A stretch of 63,249 nt of DNA, the filler included, from Hyphochytrium catenoides (Eukaryota > Protista > Hyphochytriomycota), in assembly GCA_900088475.1 (NCBI GenBank). It is 6 parts of 6 records of this genome, joined end to end, with 100 filler letters (N's around TTAATTAATTAA, not from the genome) between each part and the next. Parts side by side here need not be neighbours in the genome. Positions count along the whole stretch, not along the records: positions 1 to 18,655 come from FLMG01000578.1; positions 18,756 to 22,962 come from FLMG01002183.1; positions 23,063 to 50,913 come from FLMG01001433.1; 3 more parts are not named here. One strand, written 5' to 3'. The stretch's first letter is position 1. Every line of letters begins with the position of its first letter. This document shows, piece after piece, positions 11,670 to 23,596 of the stretch. The translations under genes were made by a program, and so were the position numbers. The notes below the pieces were generated by a model that was given only the letters and a program-made list of their open reading frames with translations, did no database searches and was not told the DNA's origin.

Positions 11670-13882
11670 TTACCGGTCCCGCTCTTGAGCTTTCTCTAGG
11701 TTCTGTGGACCTTTATCCTTCTTAGCTACGGCTGGTCGTAGTGGGTACTTTGTATAGATGTACGTGCTGGTTAGGACCAGGACCAGTGCAACCCATACAT
11801 TGTTCCCTAGAGACTTCTTGAAGAAAACATATTCTGTGAATCCAGTGATCATGATCCCAAATATAATTGCATAGCCTAGCAGAGGAGAGAGCATGAGTTC
11901 AGAAAGCTGATGCAGCAATGGTGGAGCCTTTCCCCTATGTCCTCTTATTTTCCGCGTTGCTCTCCGTTGGCGCGGCGAGCGACCTGAACTATATTTGCTT
12001 GCTTTCAACCCTCCGGGATTGGCAGCTCACAACTATTCTCTCACACAAACTTCCATTATCTCCCCATACCTTTCGCCACACCGCCCGCGTACTTCGTAAC
12101 AAGCCCCACAAACAGCCCTCCTAAGGCGTTGCTCAGAATCGGGATGTACGCGTAAGAGTTGGATGACCCGAGCCCCCGGGTCCGGAGATCGTACAGCTGA
12201 GAGGGATGCGAAAGAAGACTGAGTGCACATATGCAAGGAGGGACCCCAGGGCAACCCGACATGATCCGTGGCCATTTTCTGGGTCTCTTTCTCAACTCTT
12301 CACTAAACACTCTCTTTGCGGGATCTTTCGGTCTATGACAGGCCCATCTTCCCGTACAAACGAAATCGAAACCGTATCTGGACATACCTCGTCAGGATTC
12401 TGTGCCAACAGGGCTAAGAGTCCAAGAGAGCCAATTCCAGCCAGCTCCATGCTGAAGACCATGCTATTTCGAGCGTGGGTCTGAAGCGTGCGCTGAGAGA
12501 GAGCAGCGGCTACTCCCGAAAGAACGGAGGCTCCCAAAACGCAGCTGAAGCCTGTCATCGTTGTGCTTCCATTCTTTTTCATCTTGCTAAAGTCAGCAAG
12601 AATAATGCTGCTTAGAGCGAGGAGTAGAAGCGCTCCTGCGAGAGTTACAGTCGACTCAANNNNNNNNNNNNNNNNNNNNNNNNNNNNNNNNNNNNNNNNN
12701 NNNNNNNNNNNNNNNNNNNNNGCTGCTGCCACGCAATGCTGCTAAAGAGTCCCGAGCTCTGATAGACTCCGGCTTGAGAGGTCTCAGAGGATATTGGTAC
12801 AATAACAGCTATATCCTTACTGACCTATTTGCGGCTTGGATTGTCCTTTTCCCAGCAGAATGTAGATGAAGACAGCGGTCCATATGATCTTTGTTTGGTT
12901 GACCAAGTTGAAGATTAGAGGGTCCGTCTGTTGGTAGGCGATCTGGGTGAGGATGTTTTGGCCCGCATAGATCAAAGAAGGCATCCCTGCAGCCACAAGA
13001 GCGCCTAAAAAAGGTATGTTAGACATGGAACCCGTAGCTCCATAAATATTGAAGAAAGGGACGTCGTGGTCGCACGGGAAGAGACAGAACGACCGCAGGA
13101 TGCGCAAAGAGGATTAAGGCTGAAGACTTGTTGAGCTGGGCATGGATTAACGCAGCAAGAGTGGGGCGTGAAATCCAACGCACAAGAGGAGCTCTTTGAA
13201 AGATGTAGATGGCTCTTGTTCCTCCATACTTGATACGGTCCAGCTGCTGATCGCCCTCTTGGCCTCGCCACTGGCTAGCAAGGTCACTCCTGCGATGAGT
13301 ATCTTAGCCAGCTCACAGAGCAGAACGAGGGCCTTCTTGTTTGCATCCGGACTGATATATTTCTGCGTCAAGATGGGCTGCAGGCCAAACTGGAGAGCTA
13401 GAAGCAAGATAAAGAGAAGGCCTACACATTTCGAAGCGATGAACTGTCAGGACTTCCTCGAGCACAAGTTTAAGGCTCTAGCAGAAGGAGGGAAGGGCAG
13501 TAGATCACGCCGAGGGCTAACTAAGAATGGAAGAGAAGAGAGGGAGGGCCCGACAGGAAGCATCACGACACGGACAACAGGGAAGACACAAGCACTGGTA
13601 CTGCGACTATGCAAGAGAGCACGAACTCCGATAGGAGAAAGAAGGCAGTTGGACGAGACTGTTATAGTAAGGAACGGACCTTTGGCCGCGTTTGAAGAGC
13701 CTTGCGCCTTCATCCTTTGAAGCCGCGGGAAAGTCTCTAGGGGACAGCGGCACAGACTCCTCGGGCGCGATGCGATGAGACCCTGGACTTACCCTTCTTC
13801 CCCACGGCGATTGCTCCCCTTTCGCCTCTACACGTATCAGTCTATGTGGGCCAACCCTCTTCTCCTCACGTCTGTCAACCAT
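11670..13882 (-). CDS. Nucleotide-sugar transporter, SLC35A family (UDP-Gal/CMP-sialic acid type), multi-exon, contains an N gap
   Basis: Motifs LLALQFGLQPIL, VLLCELAK, PSLIYAGQNIL...FNLVNQTKIIWTA, LSGVAAALSQ, NALGGLFVGLVTKYAGGVAKG|YAIIFGI. GT-AG junctions, e.g. TCA A|GTATGG...TTTTAG|GC. Confidence 0.9.
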
Positions 13883-14335
13883 GGACGCCGCCACTTCTCA
13901 AAAGGCACGGGAGGACAGCTGAATAAGCAGCTACTTCGCTCTTGAGTGTCGACTGTGAGCATCAGTAAGTGGCGACTCTACTATACGTGTTGAGAAGAGT
14001 ATGGGGATGCTAAAAGGGAACAGGAGTGGGAAGAGAGAGACAGGAGATGGAGAGAGACAGAGAGAGAGAGAGAGAAAGAACGAGAGAGAAGAACGAGAGA
14101 GAGGGAGAGAGAGAGAGAGAGAGAGACAGAGAAAGAGAGAGACAGAGAGAGAGANNNNNNNNNNNNNNNNNNNNNNNNNNNNNNNNNNNNNNNNNNNNNN
14201 NNNNNNNNNAGAGAGAGAGAGAGAGAGAAAAGGCCACAGGAAAGCCATTTGCGATCCTTCTTGCTCCAGAGAGAGACCTTGACCGACATATCGGAGCTAG
14301 CCGTTAGCCACCAACAAGTATATGGCAAGCATCCT

Positions 14336-14402
14336 ATTGGCTGACGGGAACCTACTCCACGCTAATGATTGGAGGGATGGTCAGGATCTGTCCTCCCATT
14401 GG
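14336..14402 (-). promoter_or_regulatory. Three CCAAT boxes (30-32 bp apart) upstream of the nucleotide-sugar transporter
   Basis: ATTGG on the + strand at 14336, 14368 and 14398, about 450-520 bp upstream of the transporter ATG. Confidence 0.3.
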
Positions 14403-14451
14403 CTAGCGACGGTTGTTCCACTCTCTAGTGTTTCTCTAACAATAAATAAAA

Positions 14452-14469
14452 CCCTAACCCTAACCCTAA
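14452..14469. repeat. Interstitial telomere-like (CCCTAA)3
   Basis: AAAA CCCTAA CCCTAA CCCTAA T. Confidence 0.6.
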
Positions 14470-15159
14470 TAAGCAGCACGGACAGCAGCGACCATCATCG
14501 GCCACCCCAGCAGGAGGATCAACCACAGCGTGAGCAGCCACCATCAAGGGCAGTCGGCAGCAGGCTATAAGGTCACCCGCAGCAGCAGCAGCGGCAGCAG
14601 CAGCAGCAGGAGCTGTCAGCATGCAACTCCATCAGACAGACATAGATCCAAGAGTGGCAGTTCTCTCTTACCCAACAATATGCCTTAGCATATGCCTGGA
14701 GTTCTCGACCAACTTGAAAGTTTTTTTTAAAGCGTTCTCTCTTGCTTGATCCGTCATGCCATCATCATGAACGATGGCTAACAATGGACCACCCTCTTAC
14801 CGCGGCGCTGCAACGTCCTGCGAAAGAATCCTCTAGACAACTAAAATGAGGTCAGCCCGCAGCCCTTTTACTTGTCATTACCTGGCCAGGTACCTTACCC
14901 TCCCTTTCCTACGATCTTCCTCATTCCAATGACCTTCACAAGCTGCAACAAACCTTACGCGTTAGTCTCCATCGTCTCTCCACACACAGTCCATTTAGCC
15001 ACCTGCGATATCTGAGTTACCCAGCTCTTCTCTAGTCACCCCAGATCCAACTCTTCGAGTCTCCATCCTTTCCTTCCCTCTTTGTCTACTCTTGCATCTT
15101 GCTCCACACACAATACCAGACAGAGCAGAGCAACCAACAGTGTTCGATGCATGAGAGAC

Positions 15160-15455
15160 CCACGCTATGGGAGAATGGTGATTATAACGGTTGGCCCCGT
15201 CTCCTCCACTGCTTAACGCTGTTTCCCTCCCATTATATGACTCTCTAGACATGAGGCTTGTAATCTAACGTTACCATGAAGGTGGAGAGGTGATAGTCAG
15301 CAGAGACATTATAGGGAAATGCAGCAACGAAAAGGACATAGCTTGTGCAGTAGCAGGACTGGACGATGATGACTGTACGCCATGACAATGCAGTATATAA
15401 CTTCATCCGTTTTGTTCCTAGTTCTATGATGATATGTAGGTCTATAGTCGAAGGT
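15160..15455 (+). mobile_element. Heavily decayed Ty3/gypsy-like reverse transcriptase relic
   Basis: Collinear frameshifted remnants: W/RMV..DY (~15168), FPLP..DSLD (~15222-15250), RFV.LV.FYDDM*VYS (~15408-15448). The last resembles gypsy RFVLVFFDDILVYS. Confidence 0.3.
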
Positions 15456-15532
15456 AACTCCACATTTCCATTTCCATTCACTCTATGCAGCAGTCGGAAT
15501 GTCTCAGTTTAAGATTCCTTGGCTCATTGCTC

Positions 15533-17273
15533 TTACAATTCCAGCGCCATGATCATCGCCGCCAGAAGGAAAGACACCACACCCGCAGCTCTTATTGGAT
15601 CAGACGCCGAAGAGGAGTCCTGCTTGTTTGTTGTAGGCGCAGAGGAGGAAGGAGTACCATCTGTAGAAGGTCCTGGAGATCCAGTAGGGTCACTCTGCTG
15701 AGCCCCTTGAGTGAATGTCTTGTTCCATCCTGCCTCACAAGGGTAATTGGGATCATCCTCGCAGAACGAGACAGCAGATGCTCCGTCTTGAAGGGGAAAT
15801 TGTCGCAGATAATCAACGAGTAGCGGCTTCTCTGGCTGGGAGAGTATCCTATCTTTCGTAAAGTTCTGTCTTCCCATATAAACATGCTGGGAAGAATTGA
15901 CAATGTAATGAAGGACATTGTCACTGTTATTCACAAAGTATCCGAGCACTTCGCCTGACTGCTCATAGAACACCTTATCCGTGATGGAGCCGACAGGGAA
16001 CACGAGGGAAAGAGACTGAGGAATGCTAAGGTTCACGGCGGGAATCTTGCCCAGGGCAGACATCAAGCTCAGCCCCGTATAGAAGAGCTCCTGAGTGCTG
16101 TCAAACTTGGACTGCACAGCGACAAACGGAGTGCCCTTGTACTTTTGATGGATCCTGCTCGCCACTGAGTTAAACCAAAGCTTTTCTTCCTTGCATACGG
16201 CAAGCTCTTGCTCTGTCAATAGCTTGATCTCCAGCATCGTCTCACAGATTCCCATCTGCTTTAGCGCTGTGCCTTGATTGTCAGGAAGTACTGCTAGGCC
16301 GTAGGAGTCCAGGATGACAGCTCTCTGGCTGTCTTTCAATTCTTTATATTGCGTGAAAATGTAGTCGGCCCAGAGATGTCCACCGAGAGCACCAGCACTC
16401 TGTCCTGCAACCACCAATTTCTTGGGCTTGGGCATATTCTTGAAAGTCCACTTCAAGGCTGCGAGAGCGTTGTTATAGCCAAATTGATAGGACTCATCCT
16501 CCACAGTAGCCTTCGTTGTCTCGTTCTTGCCACTATAATGTCTCGTCGTGTTGCCCACGTGCAAGTCACCGCTGCAAAATCAGAGGTTAGACAGCGCGTT
16601 CATGGAGGCGACAAGAAGCAAAAAGAAGAAGAGACTTGTGGCAGCGACAGAGGAAAGCGAAGCCAGGCGAAGAATTCACGGCTAGTGAAGAAGAGAACAC
16701 TCAATGGCAACAACCGAACGACTAATAGAATCTAAGATCAACAGTTCTCGTCCTCTTCTGTCTCTCTGATGGGGCACCTCACCTGCAGTAGAGCACGCTG
16801 ACCTTCGTCCATCCATCGTATGGATTCTTGGGATCCTCCGTGGCAAAGATTCCTAGTTCAACGTCTGGAGAGGCGTTCGTAGTGCACAGCACATTGCTCT
16901 TCGGGGCATTTCGACTGCAGGTGCCAGGGAACCCTCTCTCTTTATCCAAGAAGCACGCGCCTCCGCCTTGGAAGTTAATAAGAAGGTTCTGTTCGGTCTC
17001 TCCTCGGCCTGGATAATAAATGAAGGCATACGGTTGGCCCCAAAGGCAGCTAGTGGAGCCTCCGGGGTAGATGAGCGTCCGGTTAGACTCGGCCAAGTCT
17101 TCTACGTCGCAAGGCTCACTCTCTGTGATGTTGCAGGAGTGCGCTGCTTGTACCTCCAGCTTACTGAAGCGCGGCTGGATGTACGGCCGCAGATCTTCAA
17201 TCGCCTCTACTGAGCCCTGCAGTGCCAGGAGTAACGACCCCAGAGAAAGACTTGCGACGGAGACTCGGCCCAT
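15533..17273 (-). CDS. Secreted pectin acetylesterase (PAE/Notum family, CE13), probably GPI-anchored; exons 17273-16783 and 16571-15533
   Basis: Signal peptide MGRVSVASLSLGSLLLALQGSVEA. Family motifs LLINFQGGGAC, NPYDGW..VLYCS|GDLHVG, GQSAG, SKFDSTQ, SSQHVY. S/T/P-rich spacer and a hydrophobic C-terminus with no cytosolic tail. Confidence 0.9.
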
Positions 17274-17929
17274 GATGACGACGGCAGAGAAAGACGCGCC
17301 GAAGAGGGCGGGAGGCGAAGCACCGCTGTGGTGTGAAGCTTGGGGAAAGTAGTAAAGTGGCGTCTCTATTACTTTTCCAAGGAGATAAGAGTCTCTTTCC
17401 TTCCCACTTCTCTTATGCACGCGTGTCTCTCTTCCTAGTAGGATCCTCCTTCTCTCTCGTGCACTGGGTCTGGGTCTTCATTATCTTAGGACGGGCGATG
17501 GAAGGAGAAGAAGAATCGAAGGTGATGGAGAAACATTCTCTCCTTTATTGGCCTTTCCTTCTCGCTCATCAGCCCCGTCCGGCCCAAGAAGATGGTGGGG
17601 ACATTGTAAGGAGCGGAAGATAAGTGACGTGTCTGAGACCAAGAAGAAAGAGAGCAGGAAGCCAGTTGAAGGTATGAGGTACACGGCGCATGGGAGAGAA
17701 GGAAAGAAAAAGAGAGGACAGATCAAAAAACATTGAGTGGGGAAGAGAGAGAGAGAGGGAGAAGGAGGAGAGAAAGAGAGAGAGAAAGGAAATAGGAGGC
17801 TATACTCGTACTAGCAAGAAGGAAAGAACACGATAGTACGAAGGTCACTGAGCTGGTGATGCAGGGGCGGTAATGGCCAATCCAACTGCAACAAGGCAGT
17901 ATGGCGGCAAGTCTCTAGAGCCACAAGAG

Positions 17930-17973
<44 letters not shown>

Positions 17974-18345
17974 CAGAGAGAGGAGAGAGAATGAGAGCAG
18001 TAGACTTCGTATGTCCAAGAGAAGAGAACTAGAGAACTTATCAAAAGAAGGAAAGACGACGTGGAGAGGTAGTTCTACAAAGTGGTACATGATGATGAGA
18101 AAAGATGGAGCAGCGAGACGAGAGAGAGAGAGAAAGATAAAAATTCTACTACAAGTAGCAGCAAGGTACACTCGAGGGTAAAAGAGAGGGACAAGAGGCA
18201 GAGAGACAGAGAGAGAAGAAAGAATGAGAGAAAAGAGAGAGCGTACAGAGGAGAGAGGGAAAGAGAGAGAGAAAGAGTGAGCGAAAGAGAGAGAGAGAAA
18301 AACGGAGAGAGAAAGAAAGAGAGAGAGAAAGAAGAAGCAAGAGAA

Positions 18346-18376
<31 letters not shown>

Positions 18377-18655
18377 AGAAGAGTGAGAGAGAAAGAGAGA
18401 GAGAGAAAGAGAGAGCAAGAGCGTGCAAGAGAGAGAGACAGAGAGAAAAAAGGTAAAGAGCTGCTGCTCGGCCATTTCTAGCCGTTTCAGGAACGACAAC
18501 AACCATGTCGGAGACGGATGGGGGGCCACCCAGGACTCACACATTCACTCAGGAAATTGTTTCCCTAACATTATATTAGGGCGGCTCCCTTGCTAGGTTG
18601 ATAGATGATGTCCGCGTGGGCCCCAGCAGGCCAGAGGAAATATTCAGTCCACGTC

Positions 18656-18755
18656 NNNNNNNNNNNNNNNNNNNNNNNNNNNNNNNNNNNNNNNNNNNNT
18701 TAATTAATTAANNNNNNNNNNNNNNNNNNNNNNNNNNNNNNNNNNNNNNNNNNNN
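18656..18755. other. Artificial scaffold-joining linker
   Basis: N44-TTAATTAATTAA-N44 (a six-frame stop); the same linker occurs five times. Confidence 0.97.
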
Positions 18756-18992
18756 TCTCTCTCTCCCTCTCATTCTCTCTGTATTATCTACTTCTCTTAC
18801 GCCGTGTTCCTGTTTCTATCTCTCCCTTTCTCGCTCTTCCTGTGCATTCTTAAACCGTTTCGTCTGTCTTTCTCTCGCTCTCTCTCTCTTCCATTTCAAT
18901 CTCTACCTTTCTAACTTTGCTCTGCTCCTTTGCCTGACTCTCTCTTTTTTTTCTCTCTCTCTTTCTCTCTCTCTCTCGGGTGTTATTGATAG

Positions 18993-19129
18993 TCGACGGC
19001 TCGACACTGGAGCTTGACACGTTAGGGCTGACGGTGGAAGATATCAAGGAAAAACTTGGATGGAAGTGCAACAAGATCCAGGAAGAGCTGGAGGCCAAGG
19101 GCCAGGGAGTCGAGGATGACGAGGACTAA
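18993..19129 (+). CDS. Terminal exon of a probable mitochondrial ribosomal protein mL53-like gene (5' part off-scaffold)
   Basis: A CT-rich intron ending TAG precedes xDGSTLELDTLGLTVEDIKEKLGWKCNKIQEELEAKGQGVEDDED*, which resembles the mL53 C-terminal half. Confidence 0.5.
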
Positions 19130-19642
19130 GTGAAAAGAGAGAGAGATGAGAGAGAGAGAAAGGCTTCGAGAGTCCTCTTCGTTCAGGAACTCTCTCGCCG
19201 TGTCTCTCTCTCTCTCTCTCTCTCCGGACCCGATTGTACGTAGGTAAAGACACAGCCCGTATTGGCGCCTATATTGACTGGGCCTTTCACTATATCTAAC
19301 TCTGATCTTCCGCTGTGTGCCCGTCATTCCCTTCCATTTGCCTTCTCCTCCTTCTTCCTCTCTCTCCTTTCTCTCGCTGTCTCTTTCTCACTTCGCCCCT
19401 TTGTCTCTCTTCCCCCTTCTCTCCCTTCTTCCCCCTCTCTGCTGTCATTTGTGTCTCTCTCGATTGCAAACCTTTGTAGTAGCTCCTCGTCTCTTTCTCT
19501 CTTCCGTACCTGTTCTTCTTTGTCTCCTCTTCTTGAACATGCTTCCTTCTAATTTTTGAAGCTTATCTCTTTTCTTCTTTTCCCTGCTAATCACTCTTAT
19601 CTTATCTTTACAGAGAGGAGGACTTTGCACAAAAGGGAAAGG

Positions 19643-19685
<43 letters not shown>

Positions 19686-21446
19686 CCTAGGAAAAGACTA
19701 GAAAGCTTCTCTCAGTCTGTCAAGAAGACAGCGAAGGGAACAGACACACAGGGAGAGAAAGACAGAGAGAGAGAGAGACAGAGAGAAAGAGAGAGAGAGA
19801 GAGAGAAAGAGAGAGGTCTCTATGGCACACTTTGCAATCTCAGTCGAGGAAGGAGGACCACATGGTAGCGGGGAAGAGATGAACAGAGGCAAGAAGACAG
19901 ACTGTATGAACACTAAAGGGATGACTCCGCTCCCCCTGGGGATCCAGCGGCACCTGCGCTATTTCTATGGACTTAAATTTCGCCCTTGTCCGTAGGCTCC
20001 CTCTCCCTCCTCCGCTGTCCGGCGACTATCACCGACCTTTCTGGCGTGGCTCTCTTCTCTCTCTCTCTCTCTCACTCTCTCTCTCTCTCTCTGTCTTTGC
20101 GCACTCCTTTGCAGTGTGTGGACAGTCTCTCCGTCCTCCATTCAGCCTCGCGGTCACCAACTGGCCATCCAAAGGCCCTTTATTTTTCCGCAGCAGGCGG
20201 ACAAACAGAGAGAGAGAGAGAGAATGAGAAGAAAATGGACAGCTCGATAGAACGACGAGACTGCGGAAGAGAGAAGCAAACAGCAGGCGGAAGAGAGGGA
20301 GAGAGAGCGAACATCCTGCACGAAAAATAAGAGATGGACGCTATCTAGGAAGGGAGACAAGCGAGAAGAAGAGGCTATCGGCAAGGGAAGGGAGAGAGAG
20401 AAAGGGGAAACAATAGGGGAGAAATAGATGACAGGGAGAGAAGACCTGACGCTGTAGCAGGGAAAGAGAAGCAGAAATTGGGAGAGAGAAGAAGCTTCTT
20501 CTTTCTTCTCTTCTCTCAATGTAGAGGCTGAGGTATAGCTGCCCTCCCCTAGGGCTCTCAAGGCAAATCCAGGTTGAGAAGAGAGGAGATGTAGAATGCT
20601 GGGGGCAGAGAGAGAGATAAGGAGAAGAGCATCGATAGAAGGAGAGAGAAAAGGATAGTTAGAACGACATTACAAATATGCAGAGAGAGAGAGAGCAAGA
20701 GAGAAGGGCACCGAGGAAAAGAGAGAAGAGGGTGTCTCTCTCTTCAAAATGAACGCAACTCAATGTAACTATCGTTTAAGACAGTCATTTAGAAAAACAA
20801 GAAGCGATTTCTAGCCTCCTTCTCTCTCTCTCTCTCTCATCTAATTCTTTCCTCTCTCTCCCTTCTCTCCCGCTGGTCATACCTAATTCAGGACGTCCCT
20901 TTCATGGGTGTTAAGGTCAAGAAGGAGCCAACGAAAGGGAAAGCGGAATGTAAAAAAGAAGGGAGAACAGAGGAAAAGAGAAAGGGAGGGTAAGAGTCTA
21001 GCTTAGAGAGAGACGAACAATGAGAGAGAGAGAGAGAAAGAAGCATGCATCCACTTTCCTTGTGTTAAGAGGCGTTCCTTCCTCGCAGTTTGGTCAATGC
21101 TCTTTCTCTCTCTCTCTTCTCTGAACCCAGTCTGCCCAATTTCTCCACTACCAATAGACAAAGAAAAGCGTGGAAGAGGAAGAATTGTACTTGCCATTCA
21201 GCTGCTTAATCCATCCATTCCTGGACACTTCTCTCTCTCTCTCTCTCTCTGTCTTTCCTCCTCCTTCTCTCTCTCTCCCTCCACCACAGGGTCTCTTCCC
21301 TCAGCCACTATTCCTGCTGTCGGAAGAACGATCCTGGCATTCTTTCTTCATTCCTCCCGCCTCTTTCTCATCGTCTCTTTCCTTCAACTGAAGGAGTGAT
21401 ATCAACGTGCATCTCGGGCGCGTACACAGAGAACTGCAGCATCGTT

Positions 21447-21482
<36 letters not shown>

Positions 21483-21515
21483 TCTTTCCGTGTCCAGCCT
21501 ACACGTTCGGCTGGC

Positions 21516-21923
21516 TTACTGTCCAGACTTGGCCATGCGAGACATGACGAACATGCTAGAGAGAGAGACACAGAAAGAGTGTGAGACCAGTCGGAAACAG
21601 AGAGAGAAAGAGAGAGAGAGAGTGAGCAACGCGGGGAGAGAAAGGGAATCAGACTATCGTGTCAAATGCTTGTTCAACCAAGAAAGAGTAGAGAAGACAG
21701 AATAGCAGTAAATTGACGACAAAAAGGAAGAGACGACAACAGAAAGCTAGAGGAAAAAAAAGAGAGAGAAAGTGGGACATTGTCCTCCTTTTCTCCAATG
21801 AAGCAGAAAAGGAAAGACGAAGACAATGGAATAGGCAGAGATAGAAAGAAAGGATAGAGCCAGGTCAAGAGAAACCGAAAAAGTAAGAGGAAGAGAGAGA
21901 GAGAGAGAGAGACAAACAGACAG

Positions 21924-21954
<31 letters not shown>

Positions 21955-22108
21955 AAGAGGTACCTTGTGTCCAGATATCTCTCGGTGACCTTGGTCATGC
22001 AGTCTCTCTCTCTGCTGGAGAGAGATGCCCCAGGGGTGCCCACACACTTATCAAAGGCTAACTCGGTAAGCTTCGCAATAGCAGCCTGGGGAGGGAAGGA
22101 TGAGAGGG

Positions 22109-22145
<37 letters not shown>

Positions 22146-22910
22146 GAGAGAGAAAGAGACAGAGGAAACAAACGGGGAGAGGGAGACAACACGCAGAGAG
22201 AGAGAGAGAGAGAGAGACAAAAGAGAGAGAGGGGGAAGAGAGAGGGAGAATAACAGTGAGGAAGAGGCAAATGAGAGAGAGAGAGAGGACGCCAGAGCAG
22301 AGAGAGGACGCCAGAGCAGAAAGATAGACACCTGCACGATAGCCCTTTGCTGTTCCTGCGCAACCAGCTCCTGAATGCGGCTGCCAAAAGGGGAGAAAGA
22401 AAGGCAGAGAGAGAGAAAGAGAAAAAGACAGAGAGAGAGAGAGAGAGAGAGAAGAGAACAAAAGAAAGAACAAGAGGCCACCAACCAGAAAAAGAGTAAT
22501 CATATCAGCAGCGGCACGATGGAGCAGTGATTGTATGTAGGCGAAACGAGGGGGAAAGAAGAGCAAAAAAGAGAGAGAGAGAAATCGAGGACGAGGGAGA
22601 GGAGACTCGAGAGAGAGAGGGAGAGAAACACACCATCGCAAGAGAGACAGGTCCAAAGAGGGAGAGAGGAAAAGACCAAGAAAGAGAAAGTTCGGGCTTA
22701 TATAGCAGAAGGAGACCGATGAACCAAGGCCGAGTGCCCTCAACGGGCAGAAATAAAAACAAGAGCTTGAAGAGAGAGAGCGTTTGGAAGAGAGGTAGAG
22801 AGAGAGAAACAGAGAGAAAGAGAGAGAGAGAACCAGCCTCGCGGGTAAAGATTGAAGAAGCCATGGTCCGCCTACCTTGAAGATCCAAAATTATCGTCGT
22901 AGCCAGACAT
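21516..22910 (-). CDS. TIM8: Mitochondrial intermembrane-space small Tim chaperone, Tim8-like, 81 aa; exons 22910-22876, 22380-22332, 22085-21964, 21555-21516
   Basis: All introns are GT-AG with consistent phases. Product: MSGYDDNFGSSSRIQELVAQEQQRAIVQAAIAKLTELAFDKCVGTPGASLSSRERDCMTKVTERYLDTSMFVMSRMAKSGQ. Confidence 0.85.
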
Positions 22911-22962
22911 TGTTCTCTCTTGAAAAATCGTGGGACGGATCTCTCTCTTCTGCTTTCAAAGT

Positions 22963-23062
22963 NNNNNNNNNNNNNNNNNNNNNNNNNNNNNNNNNNNNNN
23001 NNNNNNTTAATTAATTAANNNNNNNNNNNNNNNNNNNNNNNNNNNNNNNNNNNNNNNNNNNN
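22963..23062. other. Artificial scaffold-joining linker
   Basis: N44-TTAATTAATTAA-N44. Confidence 0.97.
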
Positions 23063-23596
23063 GCTGGTAGTTAGGAATGGAATGTACATCAAAGTGTGGC
23101 ATCATCCCGAGACCGACAGATACTACTGGTCCGGAGCCAGGGTAGAGGATATCAGGTACGAGCACATTCAAGCGGAGGTAGTGAAAGACTGCAGGCAATC
23201 TAGCAAGAGTAATAGAGAAAAGACCTAAAAAGAGGTCTGACGGTGGGAATGACTTTTCTTCCTTTGCTGCTCACTGCTATCCAGGAGGAGAGAACAAGAA
23301 GATGCAAAGAAGGATATTCCAGAGCTGAATGGAGCTTGGGGCACTGAAGAGCAAGCTCAGACGGATGCAGGTATGAGGGAGACCCCACGTCTTTACCTAC
23401 ACCTTACCTCTCTGGACTCACCCTTCACAAGATGCCAATGATGTGTCTACTTTGACAACCGTCAGCCTTCCTCCACCTGTATATGATTTCTTCTTCCTGG
23501 AACGTCCTAAATTCACAGCCCATGGCCCGAGCCTTAAACGGCCTTGTCTATGTCTACTCGTTTGCTTCTACTCATGTCTTCTCCCTATAATAACAG

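Noticed and set aside
14581-14610. (CAG)n tract as a polyQ/polyA coding exon
   Set aside because: No convincing ORF or splice context.
18040-18480. Possible OST4-like peptide (MAEQQLFT... / FLIIMYHFVE) on the minus strand
   Set aside because: No splice path joins the pieces, and the similarity is too short.
13931-22900. Many SLSLSL / ERERER ORFs in the ORF track
   Set aside because: They are translations of (CT/AG)n microsatellites in introns and intergenic DNA.
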